Assembly (NCBI GenBank): GCA_963704725.1
Contig: OY969934.1
Span: 2,528,001 to 2,592,000, forward strand
DNA: 64,000 nucleotides
Source of the DNA: an uncultured Actinomycetes bacterium
Lineage (GTDB): Bacteria > Actinomycetota > UBA4738 > HRBIN12
Reading direction: 5' to 3'
Positions within the stretch are counted from its first letter, which is position 1, and every line of letters starts with the position of its first letter. Shown in pieces: positions 57,953 through 64,000 of this stretch. A model generated the notes under the pieces. That model was not told the origin of the DNA. It saw only the letters and a list, made by a program, of their open reading frames with translations, and did not search any database. Made by a program: the position numbers and the translations under genes.

Positions 57953-59054
57953 ATGAGCGAGACAAGAGGTCCCCGGCCCCGGCCACAGATCGAATCCTCG
58001 CGTCCTACCGCCACCGCGGGGTTCACGGGGGGGCGACTGGTCGCCGGCATCGCCGTCTTCCTTATCGCCGCGGTCTCGATCGGGGTGGTGTACCTGGCCT
58101 TCCGCAGGGCACCAGAGCCCGCCGCGCCTCCAGTGCAACCGACCCTGCGAGCGAACGGCCCGATCTGGTTCCTCGGAGGTGACGAGCCAGGATCCGTGTT
58201 CGGTCCCTCCTCCGTCTACCGCGTCGACCCGACGACCGGGACCATGGAGAGCGTGCCGACGTCAGGCGACCTGAATTCCATCACCGGGCTGGCGGTCTCC
58301 CCCGATGGCGGGATCGTGGCGCTGTCGAACGGCGGGGGCGAGTTCCCACCCCGCAACATCTACGTGATGGGGTCCGATGGCAGCGATGTGCGGCAGATCA
58401 CGTCGGGCGAGTTCTCCGAGGTCGCGCCCGATTGGTCACCCGACGGCAGCAGGATCGTCTTCTCGAGCACTCGGTGCTGCGCGACGGAGTCCTCGGGCGG
58501 CAACTACGCGCTCTACACGATGGACCCGGACGGCTCGGATCTGCGACAGCTCACGTCCGGCTCGGAGAGCGACGTATCCCCGGCGTGGTCGCCCGACGGC
58601 AACCAGATCGCCTACGTCCGATTCCCAACCTCCGATTCCTCGGACACGAATCCGTGGCAGATCTGGGTCCTGAACGCCGACGGAACCGATCCGCGACGGC
58701 TCACGAACGAGGGCCGATACGACGATGCTGTCGCGTGGTCACCGACCGGCCGGGAGCTCGCGTACATCAGCCATCTGTCCAACGATGAAGATTGGGAGGT
58801 CCGCGTCATCCCCGTTGAGGGAGGCGATCCGCGGACGATCTTCCAGTGCTCGAGAGCGTGCATCGCCGGCGGGTTCACGTTTGGCCTGGTCGCCCGACGG
58901 CTCCCAGATCGCTTTCACGATCAACTCCGGCGCTCCGGGTGACCCGAGATGGGAGATCGTGCTCGCCGACGCGGACGGCGGGAGCTTCGGCGTCCTCGAC
59001 ACCCAGGGAGTCGGCGCGTGCTGTCTGTCGTGGGTTCCCGCCGAGGGATCGTGA
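57953..59054 (+). CDS. Membrane-anchored TolB/PD40 beta-propeller protein with a frameshift near 58880
   Basis: One TM, then repeated WSPDG blades; the last blade LAWSPDGSQIAF continues in the 58725..59054 frame. Confidence 0.8.
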
Positions 59055-59091
59055 ACTCCGCCTCGGTTGGTATCGCGACTACCGGCCACCT

Positions 59092-59153
59092 CCAACAACG
59101 CTCAGGCACGAGGTCTGAGCGTTCTTGGACCTTGGGGGGATCGTATTCGAGCT
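59092..59153. repeat. Direct repeat copy 1 (40 bp identical core, hairpin plus att-like arm)
   Basis: CCAACAACGCTCAGGCACGAGGTCTGAGCGTTCTTGGACC is identical to 60226-60265. Confidence 0.9.
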
Positions 59154-59168
59154 TCACGCGAGACTCCC

Positions 59169-59585
59169 TCACGTGGTTGAGGGCGACTCTCCAAGAAGCG
59201 GACGGGTGATCTCGCCGGCGAGGGCGACGATCCTCTCATCATCGGTCACGAGCGCCACGCCCCGCTCCTCTGCCAACGCCACGTAGGCCGCGTCGTACGC
59301 GGTGAGCCCGCGGGCCACCCAGGACGCAACGGAGTGCAACGCCGGCTCCCCGACCTCGAACAGGAGGTCATCGAGGGCTTCCGCGAGTTCGAGGAGCGCT
59401 TCCTCCGTCCATTTCCAACGCCGACCCGCCACATTCAGGAGCTCGAGGAACAGGAGGGCCGGCACCGCAACGAACAAACGACCAGCCCGGTACTCGCTCC
59501 GAAGCTCGCGCGCCTCGGCGGATCCACGCTGTTCGGCAGCGAACCACTTGAGCACCACCGAGGCGTCGAGCACGACCTCGGTCAA
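59169..59585 (-). CDS. vapC: VapC PIN-domain toxin 2
   Basis: VVLDASVVLKW, P.L..LE..N, LTAYDAAYVALA, LVTDD. Confidence 0.92.
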   Translation of the reverse strand: MTEVVLDASVVLKWFAAEQRGSAEARELRSEYRAGRLFVAVPALLFLELLNVAGRRWKWTEEALLELAEALDDLLFEVGEPALHSVASWVARGLTAYDAAYVALAEERGVALVTDDERIVALAGEITRPLLGESPSTT

Positions 59586-59830
59586 CGAGAGTCCCGCTCC
59601 GCTCGTACCGCCGCCGTTGCCTCCTCCTCGGCAGGCTGGGCCTCGAACAGCCTCTCGAGCCGAGTGAGGGCACGCCGGGCTTGCGGGCCGGCGCCGGGTC
59701 CGCGATCCGCGCCCAGGTCGCGCGCCGCCAAACGAGCCAAGTAGGCACTGCGACTCAGCCCGGCTGCCTTTGCAGCACGGTCGATCCGGGCAAGCAGCTT
59801 GTCGTCGACCGAGACGAGGATCTTGCTCAT
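59582..59830 (-). CDS. vapB: VapB RHH antitoxin 2
   Basis: KILVSVDDKLLARIDRAAK..GLSRSAYL; C-terminal VRAERD. Confidence 0.88.
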   Translation of the reverse strand: MSKILVSVDDKLLARIDRAAKAAGLSRSAYLARLAARDLGADRGPGAGPQARRALTRLERLFEAQPAEEEATAAVRAERDSR

Positions 59831-59838
59831 GGACCCCA

Positions 59839-59855
59839 GGATATCCCGGATATCC
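59839..59855. promoter_or_regulatory. vapBC2 operator
   Basis: GGATATCC-C-GGATATCC double palindrome overlapping minus-strand -10 TATCCT. Confidence 0.65.
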
Positions 59856-59970
59856 GTGCGCCGGCAAGCGTTTCCTTGCCCGGGCCACGGATCGATCGTG
59901 CAGGCACCACGGCCGAGAGTTCAACGGCAACTGGCGAGGTGGGCGAACGAGGCACAAGGCGGGGTATGTC

Positions 59971-60252
59971 ATGGTCCGCATGCCGGAACACCCGAGAGCC
60001 CGAACGGCCGGCTACGTCTTCGAACATATCCTCGTGATAGAAGACTTCCTTGAGCGCCACCTCATGCCGGATGAGCAGGTGCATCACCGAAACGGCGTTA
60101 GGGACGACAACCGTCTCGAGAATCTGGAGCTCTGGATCCGTCCACAGCCCAGTGGCATACGGGTCGAGGACGCGATCGCCTGGGCCTACGACATCCTCGC
60201 CCGCTACGCGGGCCTGGCGGCACCCCCAACAACGCTCAGGCACGAGGTCTGA
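59971..60252 (+). CDS. Phage-like HNH endonuclease (HNH_3 type), probably 5'-degraded
   Basis: GYVFEHILV, VHHRNGVRDDNRLENLELW; upstream in-frame NWRGG lacks a good start. Confidence 0.8.
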   Translation: MVRMPEHPRARTAGYVFEHILVIEDFLERHLMPDEQVHHRNGVRDDNRLENLELWIRPQPSGIRVEDAIAWAYDILARYAGLAAPPTTLRHEV

Positions 60253-60286
60253 GCGTTCTTGGACCCAGGGGGATGCTATTCGAACT
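60226..60286. repeat. Direct repeat copy 2
   Basis: Same 40-mer, followed by CAGGGGGATGCTATTCGAACT. Confidence 0.9.
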
Positions 60287-60319
60287 CGGGCACGGCGCTC
60301 GTCAAGCTGCTCACTGATC

Positions 60320-60451
60320 TCACGGAAGGATCTCGAACGCGTGGGCGTGAGCTGGACGCACAACTGTGAAGTGCCTGCGATCGAGCGTGGTCAGGGTGCA
60401 CAAGGCGGAGACGCTCCGCTGTGGCTGCGACCAGGCCATCGACAGTACCGA
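60320..60451 (-). pseudogene. 3' remnant of a vapC1-like gene
   Basis: LGTVDGLVAATAERLR / frameshift / LTTLDRRHFTVVRPAHAHAFEILP, highly similar to the C-terminus of 57115..57522. Confidence 0.82.
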
Positions 60452-60504
60452 GGCGATGAGTTTCCCCCCATACTGATCGCCCTTGGCCTGCACGAACATG
60501 TACG

Positions 60505-60927
60505 TGTAGAAGCCGGCTTCGGTCACCTGAAGGACCCGGCAGCTCGTCTTGATCGAGTGGCCCTCAGCGACCATCACCTTGATGACGGCGAACCGGCCTT
60601 TTGGGGCACCGCCCCCTTCAGCAGTTGCTTGGCTCGTCGTTCGGCGGCCAGCTCCGCCTCCAAGGCGTTGATCCGACGCCGCGCGGCGGCGAGCTCGGAG
60701 CGCTCGGCCGTGCTCAGGCCCGGCAGATCGCCGCGGTCGATCCGATCCTGTTTGCGCCAGTTGTAGATGCAGGCGTCACTGATGCCCAGATCCTCGGCGA
60801 CCTCGGTGAGGCTTCGTCCAGCCGCCAGCAAGTCCAGGACCTTCCGCCTGAACTCCGGCGGATAGCTCCTCGGCATGCCGTTCCTCCTTGCTCTCGAGCA
60901 TGAGGATCCCAGCAAACCGACTCAACA
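60505..60927 (-). mobile_element. Truncated IS3-family element: left end, intact orfA (60574..60876), first codons of orfB
   Basis: MPRSYPPEFRRKVLDL HTH_Tnp_1; CCCCAAAAG slippery site; orfB ...CRVLQVTEAGFY then breaks; putative left end TGTTGAGTCGG. Confidence 0.85.
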
Positions 60928-61022
60928 GGACCGAGGGCAGACCACCCTGCAATCGGGCTCCGCTTGACTCCCTATGTGGACCCCGGATGCCCGTGGCGTT
61001 CGCCAATGAATCCACGGCACCG

Positions 61023-61478
61023 TCAGCACAACACGTCGCCTCCCGACGGTGGCATGTAGGCGAATGACCCCAGAGGCTCCGGAATGGAATAGACAACGTT
61101 GTCAGCCTGGAATAGGCCCCGCGCCTTCGTAACGTATGCCCTGTTGTGCGTACACCCCTGCACGGTCTTGTTCCGAGTAACCTGAGTGACGTTGTACACG
61201 TTCCCGCTATCGACGCACGTCCCAATTTGTGTCCTGGAAGAGCCGTTCCAGTACGCCGCACAGACGATGACCCTAATCCAAGTGGGATAGCAGCCAGGTG
61301 TGATCACCTTCATCTGAGCTTTGAAGAGTGGGTTGCCGTTGCTGTTAAGTACTGGATGCCACATGTTCAGGCTCATGAAGCAATCCTGCGCCTTGGCCGG
61401 TGGCGGTGCGGTCACCGTCAAGGATGTGAGGAGCGCTGCGGACACCAACACGGTTGCGATCTTGGATGTGAGCTTCAT
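61023..61478 (-). CDS. Secreted 6-Cys hypothetical protein with lower GC
   Basis: AGGAGG RBS; signal peptide ending AKA; six Cys including the C-terminal residue. Confidence 0.75.
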   Translation of the reverse strand: MKLTSKIATVLVSAALLTSLTVTAPPPAKAQDCFMSLNMWHPVLNSNGNPLFKAQMKVITPGCYPTWIRVIVCAAYWNGSSRTQIGTCVDSGNVYNVTQVTRNKTVQGCTHNRAYVTKARGLFQADNVVYSIPEPLGSFAYMPPSGGDVLC

Positions 61479-61542
61479 GTTGGCCTCCTGCCCAAAGGCC
61501 GTGCGTCTCTAAGTCGGCGCCCGCATTAGTGCAACGGGCGAC

Positions 61543-61836
61543 CTACCCCGTGCTCCCCGGTGGGGGAAGAGGAACGTCTGGTGGATCGACTGATCCCGTA
61601 AGCATCGCGGGGGGCACGAGTACCTGCTCAGTACCATCAGGCGCGATACCGACCACCTGACCTGTCCAAGTCGCGCTCGATGAAACCTGAGGAGCGTCCA
61701 TTGCACGCGCGCCTGGCACCCCCCACAGGTACAGCACGATGGCGCCAACGGTCAGCGCCATGGCCACGTATCCACTGCGCCTAACCACCTGACACACCGG
61801 CCCTCGCCTCCTCACCCTTGCCCGAGACTGACCCAT
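61543..61836 (-). CDS. Small hypothetical membrane or secreted protein
   Basis: Hydrophobic stretch (MALTVGAIVLYLWG), Pro-rich tail. Confidence 0.35.
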   Translation of the reverse strand: MGQSRARVRRRGPVCQVVRRSGYVAMALTVGAIVLYLWGVPGARAMDAPQVSSSATWTGQVVGIAPDGTEQVLVPPAMLTGSVDPPDVPLPPPGSTG

Positions 61837-61960
61837 CCCACCGGATCGTACCGCCTCGATTCCAGGCAGGCAGTCGGACGAAGGGTCTACTCAATCGTTC
61901 TGGAGGAGTCCCCAACGCGAGTTGGCTGCCGGGCACCTCCTCGCCCGGCGGGTGATCAGC

Positions 61961-64000
61961 TCATTCAGCGACGCGCATTACCTCGCCAAGGTCCACCGCA
62001 CGGGCGCGCCGGTTGGCGAAGGCGGCCCCGCTCCATGTCAGGAGGCCGGCGAGTGCGGCCGTCAAGACAAAGAGCGCTCCGGGGATGAGAAACAGCGGCT
62101 TGGGCGGGATGGTGGGGATCGGATCAAGCAGTGGAACGGTCACCCGAGCCGCGAGGATGGCGAGTCCTCCTCCAACGGCGAATCCGACGGCGATCATCCC
62201 CCCGAGCTCAATGGCGAGCGCCCTTCGATGCTGTCCGTGCTGCATCCCCATGCGTATTGACAGGGCGTAGGAGACGATCTGCGACCGTTGGCGTGCCTGC
62301 AGATACATGAGCATGCCCACGAACGTGAGCGCTGCAGCGATCAGCCCAAGAGCGTTGATGATCAGGAACGTGTCGATCGCTGCCGAGATCGCAGGGATGT
62401 CCTCTACCTCGGCGGCTGTCACGATGAGCGACGGGGCGACCTGCAACGTCGCGAGCGCCCGACGCACCGCGCCTGGTTCGCCCCGGATCCACAGCTCGGC
62501 CCCATGTCGTTGGAGCGGATTCAGGGGACTATCAAGCCGTTCCAGCAGACCTTGCTCGTCAACTACGACCAGCGGCCTCAGCGAGAACAACCCCGGAAAC
62601 GCCTTCGGCCGTGCCACCACCTCGACCGGAACCTCGGTCGTTCCGACCAGGATTTCGCTCACGTCGAGCTCCCCCGCGGCCGCCAGCACGACGGGCAGCG
62701 GACCACCCTCGCTCGGTACCCGCAGCTCCCGGACAAGGGTCTGGATTGGCTCGGCCGCAAACGCATCGTTCCAGTACGCGGCTTCCGCGAACGAGCCCGG
62801 GTCGACGGCGAGCAGGTCAAGGGTCCGACCGGACGGCAATCGGGCTCCCTCCCCCACCTGCACCACACGCGTGACCGGGAAGGGGAAGTCCGGCGGCGCC
62901 TGTGAGATGTAGTCGATGCTCGCCGCGACGTCGCTGCCGACGAAGACCCTCGCCTTCGCGGTGACCGTGGTCTCCAACGACGTGGCAACCGCCTGGGCGT
63001 GGAGGAACAGCCCAAGGCAAAGCCCCGCCGCCCCGATCAAGGCGATGACCAGCGTGCCACCCGTGGCGAGCCGTCGCGCCGCCAGGTAGATGCTCGGTGA
63101 GGCGCGGCTGGTCGGCCGACGCAGCAGCCCGAAGATGAGATGGGCAAGGCGCCCGCCCAGAAAGGCAAACCCCGCAAGCAGCAGCGAGGGGAACGCAACA
63201 AGCGCGAGGCTCGGTCGCGAGACTCCGAGCGCCGGATCGGTGAAGAACGCCCCCTCATGGTCCAGCCTTCGCAACGCGATGTAGCTCAGCCACACCACCA
63301 CGAGCTCGACAGGCACGGCCGCGACCAACCGCGCGAACCGGCGATCATGCGGGCTGACGATGCGGACGAAGGCGACCTCGGCCACGATGGAGGTCAGCAG
63401 GATGGAGCCAACGAGGGCGACTGCCGACCGAGCGGCGGCATCCGCGTAAGCCGCACGGTCGACTGACCCGCCCGGTCCAAGGAGGGTGACCACGACCACC
63501 GCGAGCAGCAGTCCGAGCACGCCGCCCGTGATGGACGGGAGCACGGACTCCAACGCGTTCCTCGCCCCCACGCGGGCCGGGGAGGTACCTCGAGCAAACA
63601 GCCAGGCGGCCTCGACACGTCGTGTACGCATGCCGAAGGCACCTGCGGCGGCAACGACCACCAGGGCGACAGCCAACGCCGCAAGCTCCAGCACTTGGGC
63701 CGGACCTTGGATCGTCGCGATTCGGCGTTCCGCCTCCTCGACGACTTCGTGGATCAAGGAGCCGAACGTTGTTTCTGCATCCTCGACCGGTGGCCCCCAC
63801 CGACCGCAACAGCCCAAGATGCGGCCGATGGGCGTCTCTCCGAACGAGAACGTCCCGACCTGGGCCTGGTAGGCGTCGAGCGAGCGGACGTCCTCCAATG
63901 TGACGCCTGTTGGAGCCGCGACCGGTGCCTGCCATGAGAACGTGGCCGACGACCCTCCCAGTTCGCGCGTGAGTTCGATGACCTGATCGAAGTCGGCGAG
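61961..64000 (-). CDS. FtsX-like ABC transporter permease, 5' part outside the window
   Basis: Frame is open to the window edge; TM clusters flank a large loop; R..E...L.ARG, LAARRL, VGSDV, RMG...ALAIEL. Confidence 0.85.
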   Translation of the reverse strand, partial: LADFDQVIELTRELGGSSATFSWQAPVAAPTGVTLEDVRSLDAYQAQVGTFSFGETPIGRILGCCGRWGPPVEDAETTFGSLIHEVVEEAERRIATIQGPAQVLELAALAVALVVVAAAGAFGMRTRRVEAAWLFARGTSPARVGARNALESVLPSITGGVLGLLLAVVVVTLLGPGGSVDRAAYADAAARSAVALVGSILLTSIVAEVAFVRIVSPHDRRFARLVAAVPVELVVVWLSYIALRRLDHEGAFFTDPALGVSRPSLALVAFPSLLLAGFAFLGGRLAHLIFGLLRRPTSRASPSIYLAARRLATGGTLVIALIGAAGLCLGLFLHAQAVATSLETTVTAKARVFVGSDVAASIDYISQAPPDFPFPVTRVVQVGEGARLPSGRTLDLLAVDPGSFAEAAYWNDAFAAEPIQTLVRELRVPSEGGPLPVVLAAAGELDVSEILVGTTEVPVEVVARPKAFPGLFSLRPLVVVDEQGLLERLDSPLNPLQRHGAELWIRGEPGAVRRALATLQVAPSLIVTAAEVEDIPAISAAIDTFLIINALGLIAAALTFVGMLMYLQARQRSQIVSYALSIRMGMQHGQHRRALAIELGGMIAVGFAVGGGLAILAARVTVPLLDPIPTIPPKPLFLIPGALFVLTAALAGLLTWSGAAFANRRARAVDLGEVMRVAE

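Noticed and set aside
59092-60286. Palindromic 40-bp repeat as a CRISPR array
   Set aside because: Only two copies, 1.1 kb apart with genes between; no cas genes in the window
60260-60320. GTTCGAA (T-loop-like) as a tRNA gene
   Set aside because: No cloverleaf can be folded; at most an att-like fragment

Overview
High-GC window from a probable uncultured actinobacterium (inferred from GC content, an actinobacterial-type LexA box, an F420-type split-barrel protein, DUF2277, a CGNR zinc-finger protein and frequent leaderless -10/start geometry). About 55 real CDS can be picked out among many shadow ORFs. Positions 1-57 kb hold mixed housekeeping and accessory genes: two-component system, MFS transporters, lysyl oxidase, subtilase, SpoIID, tyrosinase, heme peroxidase, two group II decarboxylases, add, PhoX-like, Fpg/Nei, ppk2, SOS-boxed UvrD, hemY plus radical SAM, MoxR-DUF58-transglutaminase, two PYROXD2-like oxidoreductases plus a GcvT-like protein, a diguanylate cyclase and aconitase X. 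From about 57 kb there is a lower-GC, recombination-scarred zone: two intact vapBC pairs, two vap remnants, an HNH gene, 40-bp direct repeats with an att-like arm, and a truncated IS3. The best candidate for a novel system is the gene pair at 9692-12721. A Bell/HeLo-like helical effector and an effector-less NB-ARC/TPR NLR share a 19-aa motif (I-x-N-x-x-P-[VI]-x-[KR]-Q-I-N-[IV]-x-x-A-[DE]-x-V) at their facing termini. This is the architecture of prion-like amyloid signalling, and I do not recognise the motif as RHIM or a common BASS type. Second best is a circularly permuted PafA-type alkaline phosphatase with an internal twin-arginine motif. All family calls are from motif recognition by eye; no searches were run.
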